Shown here: positions 24,541 to 36,582 of the stretch, one piece after another
Layout: every line of letters starts with the position of its first letter
Numbering within the stretch: the first letter of the stretch is position 1
NCBI GenBank assembly: GCA_973895155.1
Contig: OZ316894.1
Coordinates: 502,289 to 557,767 of the forward strand
Direction: 5' to 3'
From: Marsupella aquatica
Taxonomy: Eukaryota > Plantae > Marchantiophyta
Length of the DNA stretch: 55,479 nucleotides
Program-made: the position numbers and the translations under genes
The notes under the pieces: model-generated
Database searches by the model: none
What the model was told of the DNA's origin: nothing
What the model saw: only the letters and a program-made list of their open reading frames with translations

Positions 24541-27500
24541 TGTGATGCCTAGAAAGGAATCACTCGGCCAGTTAAGTGGGTAAAGCAGGAAGGCACCCTA
24601 GGAACACCTTAGTATAGGGACAAACAAGGAAAATATAAACCATTAGGGGCAACCATGGAACCCGGGCCGAGGCCGGAGGTAAGGACGCTGAGGGTGAAAA
24701 CTCGATTAGGGTTAGGGCGCGTTAAGCGTCGGCAGCTAGGAAGGATCAACGGGAAGAAGGACCGGCAGAGGAGAGGGGTAAGGAGCGCTTGCAGGAGATG
24801 GTGGCTCATTTGCGAGCACAAACTAGGCAGACGACTACGGGAGGCCAACTACTGTCAGCTGCTTAGGCAAGCACTCGGGGAGAGAGTAGATACCGACGAT
24901 CGACCTAAGGAGGGTATGAGCAACGTCAATCAAGCGGCACATTTCTGGGGATGCCTGTTCGAACGGGCAACTGAGTACATCAAGACTTACGAGGACGAGG
25001 AATCAGAAAGGGCAGCTCGAGAACGGCAGGAGCTCGCTCGATTGTGGGAGCTGTAGAAGACGGCTTTCTTAGGAGGCGAACTCATCAAGGATGAGTTCCT
25101 GTGGACGCCTACTTCCAATCAACTCGACGATCTTCTATTTTGCAAAGACAGCGTCGTCGGCATCCGAGAGGCCATCAAGAACTGCAACGACATACACTGG
25201 GAATTAAAGGGTAGCACGGAAAGGTGGACCCAGGCAACGGTGCTAGGAGAAACCTCCACGGCAGCAGAGATGAAGAGGAAGGGAGCCGTCAACGATGAAG
25301 CCACCCCGGCAAAAAGAACGAGGTCGGCGGCACCAAAGAAGCCAGCCGAGCAGCAGAGCAGGAGGCAGGGAGAAGCCGAAGAGGAGGAGGTCGATCCCAT
25401 CAAGGCCATTCCAACCAGGGATGACACCTGGAAGGGCTGGGCGGCAACCCTACCGGTGGAGGTGCAACTACATTTTGCACGGGAGGAGGATGCATGCTTC
25501 ACGGCCATGCAGACCAAGAAGTACCAAGGCTTCATGGTCGGATCCGGCTTAGAGGCCTTTGTAAGATTACCATGGCTGAAGCCGGAGGTACCGGAGTCAG
25601 ACCTATTAGAATTCGTGGGGTCATGGGAACCCGAGGCCAATTGCACGAGGATATATGGGAAGGATTTCTATCTTACTCCCAAGGTAATTGCCGAAGTGTT
25701 TGGCTTGCCGATAGGCAATAAGACCAAAGTTGATACCAGGAAGACCTTGCCTGACAAGGAGTTCCGGTCGTTCCCCGGGCCATCAACGAAGAATGGCTTC
25801 TTCCGGAACACCTGCACCAACCCGCACATAGGAGAGATGATCGACTTCTTGCGGGTGACCATGCATTGTAACTTGCCGAGGGCAGAGATCGGCAAGGCAC
25901 AGGTCTATCTGGCAGAAAGGCCAGACCCAAGCCGGGACTACAATGGGTACCTCCTCAACCAATTGAAGAAGATCTTAAAGGAGGAGCAGCAGGTAATCGG
26001 CATGGGGAGCGTGTCGCGGCTTGGCTATCACATGCCGCTGTTGTGCCGGTATGCCAGAGGTCAGACTTTTGCCCCGGTACTTCCCCTGCATGTAAGGGCA
26101 CCCGAGGAAGCTCCAACGCCGAGGCCGTTGGCTGAGAAGCCTCAACCACCTGTTAGCCCTACGATCGAGCAGGTGTTTAGGCCCAGGAAGGAGGACTTGC
26201 CGATGCAGCAACCAGGCATGCAGAGTCTGCTGAAACTACTGGAGAAAGAAAAGAAATTGGCATCAGCAACAACAACGGCAACGGCAACAATGCAGGACAC
26301 TACTACAGAGGTAGGCCTACACCGGCTCACAAGAGAAAACCCCTTTGCTGGAGACAAGGAGAGAATCAGGCCTGAATCCAAGCCAGGTGTTCGAATGTAT
26401 GTGGGAATCTCAAGCTCCGAATCTGAGGCAGAATTGCCTGAAGCTCCTACCCACGAAGAGGAGAGGGAGAAGCCGGACGGCCAAGAAGTAGAGGAGGCAG
26501 TGGAGGCAGTGGAGGACTGCAGCCATGATAATTCCAGCTATGGGTCGGACCATCACGTCCCAGGAGTAAGGACCTGTGGCCGGTTTGTCCCCACACTTCC
26601 AAGGGTAGTGCGAGGGGACCCCAACCAGCAGAGTAGCCCTGAGTCTCCCCCACCAGATGTTGCTCCCCCGAGCTTCGACGGCATAAAACAGACGGTGCAG
26701 GAATTTCAGGAGCGAATCAAGCAGGAAGAGGAGGCAGCCCTGGCTAGGGAAAAGGATTTACCAGGAGGAGATTGGCCGGAGGACATCAGGCGGCTAGCCA
26801 AAAAAGGAAGCAAACCTCTAGCCACGATTGAAGAGATCCGCAAGACGGCTTGGGAGCAGAGGCCGCGATGGGCGATGCCGATCACTTCTACTTACTCCAC
26901 CTACGCTAAGAATAGAGCCATGGAGTATGGTGAGATGTGTGGGGAACTTGCGCTCGGCATCTTCGGAGAGGAGTTGGAGGTAGGACCCTTTTCCATAGGG
27001 AGCAGTTGGAGAAGCACCAATTAGAAGAAGTGGTGGCTTTAGAGAGAAGCAAGAAGGACGAGGTCATTCGGCGGCTTAGGAGGATGGAAGCCGAGATTGA
27101 AGATCTAAGGGCGGCCAAGAAAGCCCAAGATGAACTGCGGATTAAACGACATGAGCTGAACATCATGCAGGGGCAGTTGGACACCGCGCAGGCTGATAAT
27201 CAGAATATCAAGGATAAACTGACTCAGACGCAGGGAGAGTTGGCCGACACGATCAAAGAGAGGGAGAAGTGGAAGCAAGAGCTGAAGAATACAGAGGAGG
27301 CCCACATAACAGCCAACAGCCGGGCCATGGCGGAGACCCAAAGAAAGGAATGGGCGTTGAAGGGGGAGCTCAAGAAAATCCGCGGAGCCCTTGAGCAGAA
27401 GGAGGCCGAGTTAGGGAAATCCTATCAAGGGATTATGGCGCTGCAGCAGGAGCTTGCGTCCCTGACGGCCAGCTTCAAGGCCGACCTAAGGGAGAAGGAC

Positions 27501-29208
27501 GAGATGCTCGAACAGACTTACGCCAAGATGAACCAGATGGAGTCTGTCATCATTGCAGAGCTCGACAAGGAGCTAAGAGCAACCCAGGAGGAGAGGACTA
27601 CCTTGAAACAAGAACGGGAGGAAGCCCAGAAGGAACTAGAGGAGGCACGCAAGGACCTGGATGAGACCCAGGAGGAGTTGGAGGAAATCACGAGGAAGAT
27701 GGAGAACCTCCAGCGGCGGGCCGACAACCAAATGGAGCGGCTGAAGAAACAAGCCGCAGTATTTAAGTGCTTGTCTTCATCAGGCCCAACTCCAATTGGG
27801 GCAACCAAGTTACCAGGAGTGGTACTGGCCGAAGAAAAAGCCGCGCCAACTGCACCAGTGCCGGAAGTAAGTGGGAAGGGGAAGGGACCAGCTGCCGAAC
27901 TAGAAAAGAAGAAAAAGCGGAAACCTTTAGGGTCAAGGAGTAATCCGACTCCACAAGCCGTGGTGACCAAAAAGGTAGAACCAGCACCATCCTCCGGCAT
28001 GAATACGGCAATAGATCCCGCTATCATCACAGGTGGGGGTGGTGCGGCCCAAGCCGAACTACTCAGTAATGAGGCCGGTATTCCAGATCCGCCTCTTGAG
28101 CAGGCCGGGGAGACCGTAGCCGAGGCTGAGGCCGTAACCGATTCCCAAGCCGATGCCGACGCCGATGGTGGACCCAGTCAGGCCGAGGGAGAATTGACTC
28201 AGTCAAGGGCAGGTAATCTGTCAGGGAATGAGCCTACGGCAGTGGCTGAGGAGGAAGCGTTGGGGGCATCCATTAAGGATCCACCACCGGTGTCGTGACG
28301 GTGCAAGGGCGCCATTCCTTTTAGGGAGGGCGGACGTGGAGGGAGGAGGCGTGAGTGGGCAGGGCGGGCGCGGATCTCCACATTTAGGATTAGGATCAGA
28401 ACCAGGAGCGGCCCTGACACTTAGCTTAGTGGGATTGCGGTCCCACTGGTAGGAGCAACACTTGTGCTCCTGCCTTGCTGTACATAGGTAGATTCGGGCA
28501 AGTAGATTACTGTTAGGTAGATTAGGCTTACGATGCAAAGAATGGCGGATCCACTACCAGGATAAGTACCTGGGCAGCGGGGAGCTCAAGGCCTCTTCTT
28601 TAGCAAGTTCTTAGTTTGCACCAGCCGGGCTGGGATCAAGTAGTACGAGAAGCTCTCGGTTAGTCATACAGTGACCCTTGTGTATATTCATGTTTCCTCA
28701 TGCCTAAGAGCTGAATAGAGTTGGCCTCACGGCTTAGTTCGCAGAACTTGTGTATGAGATGTATTGTTTGTATGGCAAGTGCATGGTACGACTCAGTCAG
28801 AATGAGTCATTTTGCTATTTGTGTGTCGCATTAACTTGTGTGAAGAGTGCCCACATCAACCAAAAGGAAGGAAAGTAAGCAGGGGAGTGAGAGTTGGATG
28901 TGTCGAGCTGAGAGAGGTCTTAGCGGCTTAACCAAGCCTATTGAGGATCATTCCGGCGGTGGAATCCAAACATACCTAACAAGACGGAGGGGAAGACAGG
29001 GGAAGGCCTAGATTAGGCCGGCTACGTATCTCATGACCCGATGAAGGATCTGTCCAGTATATGTGTAAAATGTTAATAGTAGTAGTAGAAGGTTAGCAGC
29101 GTCCCATGCCGCTAAGCCGCGGAAACGGCCTCGCCAAGCGTGAAACCTGCGGGAATCGGCTTGAGCTGGGGGGTTTCTTGGGTTTAGGGAGCCATGGGAC
29201 GCACCACA
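24541..29208 (+). repeat. Family B 3' LTR (4668 bp)
   Basis: Near-identical direct repeat of 13661-18323, with scattered SNPs and small indels such as a 9-bp duplication near 26495. Confidence 0.95.
24655..28298 (+). pseudogene. LTR-internal ORF, 3' LTR copy (TAG at 25054, 1-bp deletion near 26990)
   Basis: ORFs 24655-25056, 25240-27024 and 26937-28298 reproduce the 5' LTR protein. Confidence 0.85.
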
Positions 29209-31676
29209 ATGGCTTCTTCCGGAACACCTGCACCAACCCGCACATCGGAGAGATGATTGATTTCTTGCGAGTGACCATGCACTGTAACTTGCCGAGGGCA
29301 GAGATCAGCAAGGCTCAGGTCTACCTGGCAGAAAGGCCAGACCCAACCCGGGATTACAACGGGTACCTCCTCAACCAACTGAAGAAGATCTTGAAGGAGG
29401 AACAGCAGGTGATCGGTGTGGGAAGCGTGTCCCGGCTTGGCTATCACATGCCGCTGTTGTGCCAGTATGCCAGAAGTCAAATCTTTGCCCCAGTACTTCC
29501 CCTATCGGCAAGGGCACCGGAGGAGGTCCCGGAGCAGAGGCCGGCACCAAAGAAGCCCAACCAGCCCGACAGTCCGACGATTGAGCAGGTGTTTAGGCCA
29601 AGGAAAGAAGACTTGCCGATGCAGCAACCAGGCATGCAAAATCTGCTGAAATTGCTGGAGAAGGAAAAGAGAACGGTTCCGGCAATGGCAACGACACCGA
29701 TACAGGACACTGCCCAAGAAGTTGACCTAAGCCGACTCAGAAGGGAAGACCCCTTTACCGGAACCAAAGAGAGATTGAGGCCGGAACACAAGCCGGGAGT
29801 GCGAATGTACGTGGGAGCCTCAAGCCCCAAATTTGAGGCAAAGGAGCCGGGAGTCCAAGTAGTGGAGGAGGCAATGGAAGACTACAGCAATGATAACTCC
29901 GGCTATGGGTCGGATCATCATGTTCCAGGAGTAAGGACCTGTGGCCGATTTATCCCCACACTTCCAAGAGTAGTTCGAGGGGACCCCACCCAGCAAAGTA
30001 ACCCCGAGTCTCCCCCACCAGAGGTTGCTCCCCTGAGCTTTGACGGCATAAAGCAGACGGCACAAGAATTTCAAGAGCGACTTAGGGAGGAAGAGAGAGC
30101 AGCCTTGGCTAGGGAGAAGGATTTACCAGGAGGAGATTGGCCGGTGGACATCAAGCGGCTTGCCGAGAAAAGAAGCAACCCTCTTGCCACCGTAGAAGAA
30201 ATCCGCAAGACGGCTTGGGAGCAGAGGCCGCGGTGGTTGATGCCGATGACTTCTAGTTACTCCACCTATGCTAAGGATAGAGCCATGGAGTACGGGGAGA
30301 TGTGTGGGGACCTGGCGCTCAGCATCTTTGGGGAGGAGTTGGAGCAGGGACCCTTTTTCCACAGGGAGATGTTGGAAAAGCACCGATTAGAAGAAGCGGT
30401 GGCTTTGGAGAGAAGCAAGAAGGACGAGGTCATCCTGCGGCTTAGGGAGAAGGAAGCCGAGGTGGAAGACCTACAGGCGGCCAAGAAAGCCCAAGATGAG
30501 TTGCGGATTAAGCGGCATGAGCTAAACATCATGCAGGGGCAGTTGGATACCGCTCAGTCTGACAATCAGATTATCAAAGATAAACTGACTCGGACCCAAG
30601 GAGAGTTGGTCGGCGCAGTCAAGGAGAGAGAGAAATGGAAGCGGGAGCTAAGGGATGCAGAGGAAGCCCACTTAGCAACCAACAATCGGGCCATGGCGGA
30701 GAACCAGAGAAGGGAGAGGGCATTGAAAGGAGAGCTCGAAGATATCCGCGGAGCCCTTGAGCAGAAGGAAGCAGAGTTAGGGAAATCCCATCAAGGGATT
30801 ATTACGCTGCAGCAGGAGCTTGCATCCCTGACGGCCAGCGTCAAGGCCGCCTTGCGTGGAAAGGACGACCAACTTGACTAGACTTCTGCCAAGATGAATA
30901 AGATGGAGTCTGTGGTCGTTGCAGAGCTCAACAGGGAGCTAGGAGCAACCCAGGAGGAGAGGGCTACCTTAAAAAAAGAATTGGAGGAAGCCAATAAGGA
31001 GCTGGAGGAGGCGTGCAAGGACCTGGACGAGACCCAGGAGGAGTTGGAGGAAATCACGAGGAAGATTGAGAACCTACAGCGGCGGGCCGATAACCAAACG
31101 GAGCGGCTGAAGACACAAGCCGCAGTATTTAAATTCTTGGCTTCATCAGGTCCAACTCCAGTTGGGGGAACCCAGTTACCAGGGGTAGTATTGGCCGAAG
31201 GACAAGCCGTAACACTCACCCCGGTGCTGGAGGTAAGTGGCAAGGGGAAGGAACCGGTTGTCGAAATAGGGAAGAAGAAGAAGCGGAAACCTTCTAGGTC
31301 TGGGAGTTATACGGCTTCTCAAGCCATTGTGACCGAGAAGATAAACCCGGCACCAACCTCCGGCATCGGCACGGTGGTAGATCCACCAATCCTAGGAAGT
31401 GGAGATGGAAAGGCCGAGGCCGGGAGAACCAGTAATGTTGCCGAGGTACCAGATCCTCCACTAGAACATGTCGGGAAGGCCGTAGCCGTAGCAGAGGCCG
31501 TAGCCATAGCAGAGGCCGTGACCGATGCTGAGGCCAAAGCCGAGGGTGGACCCAGTCAGGCCGATGAAGAGTTGACTCAGTCAGGGGCAGGTAATCTCTC
31601 AGAGGAGGGACGAACGGCAGTGGCTGGGGAGGAAGCGTTGGGGGCGTCCATTGAGGACCAGCCACCGGTGTCGTGA
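29209..31676 (+). pseudogene. LTR-internal ORF, diverged subfamily (one stop at 30879)
   Basis: Protein is collinear with the other copies through ...PPVS*. Indels are in frame. Confidence 0.85.
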
Positions 31677-32572
31677 CGGTGTAAGGGCGCCGTCCCTTTT
31701 AGGGAGGGCGGACGTGGAGGTAGGAGGCGTGAGTGGGCAGGGCGGGCGCTGATCTCCAAGTTTAGACTTAGGATCAGGATCAGGAGACGGCCCTGACACT
31801 TAGATTAGTGGGATTTCGGATCCACGGGTGTGGACGACACTTGTCCTCCTGCCTCGCTGTACTTAGGTAGATTATAGTAGGTAGATTAGGCTTACGCTGC
31901 AAGGAATCAGGCGGATCCACAACCAGGATAAGTACCTGGGCTTCGGGGAGTTCAGGGCCTCTTCTTTAGCAAGTTTTTAGTTGGACCAGCAGGGTTGGGA
32001 TCAAGTAGTAAGAGAAGCTCTCGGTTAGTTATACAGTGACCCTTGTATATATTCATGTTTCCTCATACTTAAGAACTGAATAGAGTTGGCCTCACGGCTT
32101 AGTTCGCAGAGCTTGTGTATGAGATGTACTGTTTGTATGGCAAGTGCATGGTATAACTCAGTCAGAAGGAGTCATTTTGCTATTTGTGTGTCGCATTAAC
32201 TTGTGTGAAGAGTGCCCACATCAACTAATAGAGGAATAGAAGTAAGCAACGGAGTGAGAGTTGGATGTGTCGAGCTGAGAGAGGTCTTAGCGGCTTAACC
32301 AAGCCAATTGGGGATCATTCCGGCGGCGGAATCCAAACATACCTAATGGAAGACCAGGAGAGGAATACAAGGGAGGGACTAGAATAGGCCGGCTAAGTAT
32401 CTCATGACCCGATGAAGGATCTGTCCAGTATATGTGTGTAAAATGTTAATAGAGGATTAGCAGCGTCCCATGCCGCTAAACCGCAGAAACGGCCTCGCCA
32501 AGGATGAAACCTGCGGGAATCAACTTGAGCAAGGGGGTTTCTTGGGTTTGGGGAGGCAGGGGACGCACCACA
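29209..32572 (+). repeat. Diverged family B-subfamily LTR, 5'-truncated (3' or solo LTR)
   Basis: Starts mid-ORF (ATGGCTTCTTCCGG, equivalent to about 14914) and ends GACGCACCACA with no PBS after it. It is clearly more diverged than the paired LTRs. Confidence 0.9.
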
Positions 32573-35500
32573 GGGAGTTTGGGAAAGTAAGCTGTAGTGG
32601 TTCTCTCGAATGCCGAAATAGAGCATGTGAGTTTTACACCAGGACTCAAGTCAGAAATTGTAATGGATGGGATGGGACCCCCAAGCTCTCTGGTCAGCAT
32701 TGTCCTGGGAGGTTTATCAATGTTGGAGGAATTGTTTGTCGCTATTGCCTTCAAGTTCCATTTTGTGTTGAGTCTTGTCCAGCAAAAATGTTTTATATGT
32801 ACCCGCAAGTTTTGATCGAAAATGATACTGCAAAACACATGTCACGACTTGCAATCCATATGGGAGTGCACAACCATCCATGTCGGAAGGTCTTGTCTAG
32901 AAGTGCTGAGAAAATAGCAATAGAAGAAATACGGAGACAGCATGAGAAGTCTCCTTCTACACCGTGCGTTTTGAAAAATGAGATCACTGGATCTTTAATG
33001 GATGCCGTAGGTGAGTCTGTGGATGACATTTCAAAGCTAGAAGAATCAGAAATCTGGAAATCACTTATGCTCGTTTCAACGCCTCAGAAGTTTTCTGCAT
33101 TATTTAAGAGCGTTCGCAAAGATCAGGTTGGTCGAGGTGATTTGGAATATCTGGTTCGCATGCAGAAGAATGTTACGTTTCCTTTTCTCCAAATATATCT
33201 TCTTCCTGGGCAGGGCTGTAAAGGTGATAGAGCGCATATTTTCAAAATGACTATCAAAGGTCATGGATCGGGAGTAGATTTACTACGTCAGATGAAGAAA
33301 GGGGGGCCTCTACAAGGAGCATGGGTGAGCTTTGACATGATGAAAAGGATGTCGAAAGAATGGAGTACTTTTAGTGCACATGTGTATGACCATAACTATC
33401 GAGCTTTGTGCACAATATTTACTTGTGAACTCAAAGCAGAGGACACTGCATCGCTTGAGAAAGCTTGGAGGTTGATGATCGAAGTCGCTTTGGAGAACGG
33501 TTTAAACGGTGTGGAAATCCATGGTTTCATGGCGGATAACGCTCAGGCGGGATGGATAGCGGTTAGGAATGTCTTCTTTGACGGCCATCCAAACCCGGAG
33601 AGAGAGCGATCGGATGCATTCCACTTTTATCAGTCTTTGCATCGGCACTCTATCGAAGGAGTACTTGAAGAAAAACATGTTGAACATCGAATCCTTTGGG
33701 AAGTTGCGGAATGCCGCTTCATTTGTGGAAGCCTACAGGGTATCACGAGAGATTGATTCATGGTGGAGATCTGGAAATTGTATTCCTGGGAAACTTAGAA
33801 TGTTGCAAGGATGGATCACTTGGTGGGTTGTGAGGTGGCGTCAGTGGGGAAATTTCATACGTTTGGTGAGTCAATGTATACTAGCGCCCGACGCTAGTAT
33901 TAATATCCCTTTTCTAATTGTGATATTTACTGATGTTTTTGCCAGCGCCGGGCGCTAACATACAAATAGCTTGATAGCTTCTTCAATCTTCACAATCATC
34001 ATGAAAACATTCATACCTTTTGTCCGCCCATTTTGAAGTTCCGCTTTTTGTATTTGATATATTGTACTGAATTTGACAAAACTCTTTTTCAGAGCAAAAG
34101 TGCACTTGAAGGGGGGATGATTCCCAATTGCACTGGTTCTGAAGCTGTTCACGGAATCATGAAAGCATGGCAGGGAAAGAAAACAGTTGGTTTGTTCGAA
34201 GGATGTAAGATCGATCACAACAGAGCAATCTCACAAATAGCAACCTATACAGCATATCGTGAAGGGCTTCATCGGGGTACCGGTCCAACAGTGTTTGAAT
34301 TGGCTTTTTGTTCGGTTGACCAAGCAGGGTCCCCGAAACTCTTCAAAGAAGCCTCTAATATGTTACTCGCAAATGCAGCAGAATCTGATTTGGAGAGGGA
34401 TTCTCCGTTGAATGGGGATTTTGTGACAAAGTCTATGAAAAGAAAAGGTCCGGCGACCGGGAATGTCTCTCCACAAGACTCCCATCGACATGACACGGTT
34501 CTCATAACTACGCCAAACACCCGAGGTTGCAAGAGGAGAAATTTGACCTCAGCCGAGTTTGAGCACATTCCGATACTTGGAACTCCTCCTTCGAATCCAG
34601 TTATCGATTTGTCTGAAAGTGGCTCTCCAGTTTCCCATCATGTCACTCAATCTTCCGAAGTTCCAGAAAGTGTTCCGAACACCACTCCATTCATTCCTAT
34701 AGACACTTCACTTTTTGAAGAGGACGTTGTACCCGGGTCGTGGCATTTGCGGAGAGTTTCCAGACACGGTGCTAGACCACAGTGTAATGGGACGTTGTCT
34801 GGAAGTTGTGATCGAGATGAGTGTCGTAATCGAATTAAGAAGGTCGGATATCCTTCAAATGCAGGGGTTGTCGGAATAGTCGTCAAAGGTTACCGCTTAT
34901 TCAGAGGTGAACACCATCTAGAGCTTGTCTGGTTCTGCCCCACTCGTGATTGCTGGAAGAGCCGCCCTCGTCGAGGTATTGTGAACCTCCCTACTTGCCC
35001 AGACTTTTTGCCAGTACAGAAAGGCACTCATCTTTCAAGTCTGGAGTTGAATTTCCTTCACGAGCAGGGCATTGAAGTCTCGAGAGGAGGTGTTGTTTCA
35101 CGTTGTCCTTCTCCATTTGAACTGAAAATCAACATTGACGTTTTCCCTGAAAAGATCGATCTTGCACAAGTCAACATCCATTTTTGAACGAGAAACGGGC
35201 GTGCGATGAGCTCTAGATCAAATCTCACTCAGGAATATCATAAAAGGATTGAATCAGCAACGAAAGAAACAATGACTTTGATCAAAACTATGGAAGTTTC
35301 ATCGGGAAATTCATACGGAAAACGATTCCAGATACGCACACGTGCACATTTACGAACTGCAAATACTTACTGGGTGCAAATTTGCATTTTCCCTTGTTGC
35401 TCTTGTGAAGATTTCTTTCGTCGACATTCTCGAGGGAAACCTTTCATGCCATGTAAACACTTGTACTGGGTTTACAAAGTTATCTGCAAGCTTGATCTTG

Positions 35501-35586
35501 TGGACAATATCCTCCCAAGCCAACCGATTCTTACCATTGCGGAACTACGTTATATTCTAGCGAGGCAGAATGCTTATGGTTTATAG
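32573..35586 (+). pseudogene. MULE-like DDE transposase with Cys/His-rich (GCM/WRKY-like) N-terminus and C-terminal SWIM finger
   Basis: Motifs SFDMM, FMADNAQAGWIAVRNVF...AFHFYQ, CTGSEAVHGIMK and SWIM CSCEDF...PCKHLYWV. In-frame intron 33866-34092, frameshift near 33700, stop at 35185. The 5' end is cut by the LTR. Confidence 0.72.
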
Positions 35587-35589
35587 GAA

Positions 35590-36072
35590 GAGATAAGTAA
35601 TCTCATCAGTTATCAGTCACTTTCATCAGTGTACCTGATATCAGCTGCCACCTCATCTCAGAGAGGCCACCAAGTTGCGATGCGAAAAAGAAAAAAAATG
35701 AAAAAAAAAATCTTGAATTTTTCTTCAAAATTTGAAGGAACACTTTTTTTTTTCAAATTTGTTTTCGCCATGAGGTATCCGTACCGTACGGACACCTATC
35801 TCGGCAAGCCCAGCTGAGATGGGAAAACCCTAAACCCTAAACCCTAAACCCTAAATTTCCGAAATTTTGTTTTTAAAAATTTTTTTTTGGGATTTTTTTT
35901 GGTTTTTTTTGGTTTTTGATTATTTTTCGGTCCGTACACCCATCTCGGCTGCCCATCTGAGATGAGCGGAAGTTCGAAAGCCCCATCTCAACTCCTCAGC
36001 TGAGATTCTAAAATTTTTGAGATAACTGATATTAGTTATCAGTCACTGATAACTGATGATGTTGTGTACCCC
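35590..36072. mobile_element. Non-autonomous MULE-type MITE with 10-bp TSD
   Basis: TTTATAGGAA at 35580-35589 and 36073-36082. The imperfect TIRs share TCATCAGTTATCAGT. Confidence 0.8.
35828..35855 (-). repeat. Telomere-type repeat (CCCTAAA) x4 inside the MITE
   Basis: ccctaaaccctaaaccctaaaccctaaa read directly. Confidence 0.85.
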
Positions 36073-36582
36073 TTTATAGGAAGGCTTAGTATTCTAGTTT
36101 ACGTTCAACAGGTATGTAGGACTTGTCGTTTCGTAACGGTAACTTTGTTTTAGTTAGCGCCCGACGCTAGTAAACAACATTTGGTTTCTTTTCAACACGG
36201 CTCAATGTTTTGTGGGTTGCTCAAAACACTTAATTTGTTTTTACAATTTTACGGATGTGTAATTTTCATTGTACGGGTAATAGAGATTTCTTTGTATTCA
36301 ATCGTCACCTGGACTTCAGTTTTGTTAGCGCCCGGCGCTAGACTTCATTTCCTTACTTGGTTTCAGTTTGTAGTTTCCAGGTCTGAACGTGTGGATTTCT
36401 TTCGCATGCATTCTCGAGGATGACCTTTTCTTGCCTTAGAAATCGTTATCCTCTGATCATTCCAGTAGATGGTAAGCGGGTATTTTGTTAATGATATTTT
36501 TTAACGGTATCAAACGCTTGGTTAGGACTAAGCGCTAGTAAAGGCATCTTCCGATAATTATCGTTTTCCCCATCTTTTTGAG

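Larger units (their letters stand above)
21293..24552 (+). pseudogene. pol: RT, RNase H, integrase (7-bp deletion near 23035, stops at 23419 and 24166)
   Basis: FIDD RT, DVSGFCIGSVLSQ RNase H, GHF...YWW...CDPCQ zinc finger, GIDY/SDRG/ERAN DDE core and WLGPF (GPY/F) motif. Confidence 0.95.
13661..29208 (+). mobile_element. Ty3/Gypsy non-chromovirus-like LTR retrotransposon, family B copy 1 (15.5 kb, two LTRs, defective)
   Basis: Near-identical TG...CA LTRs, PBS, gag-PR-RT-RH-IN and PPT. No chromodomain and no extra archaeal-type RNase H were seen. There is no TSD (left AGAAT, right ATGGC). Confidence 0.95.

Noticed and set aside
36150-36172. Hairpin plus CTAGT as a Helitron 3' end
   Set aside because: The CTAG is part of the hairpin rather than about 10 nt downstream, and the motif recurs internally.
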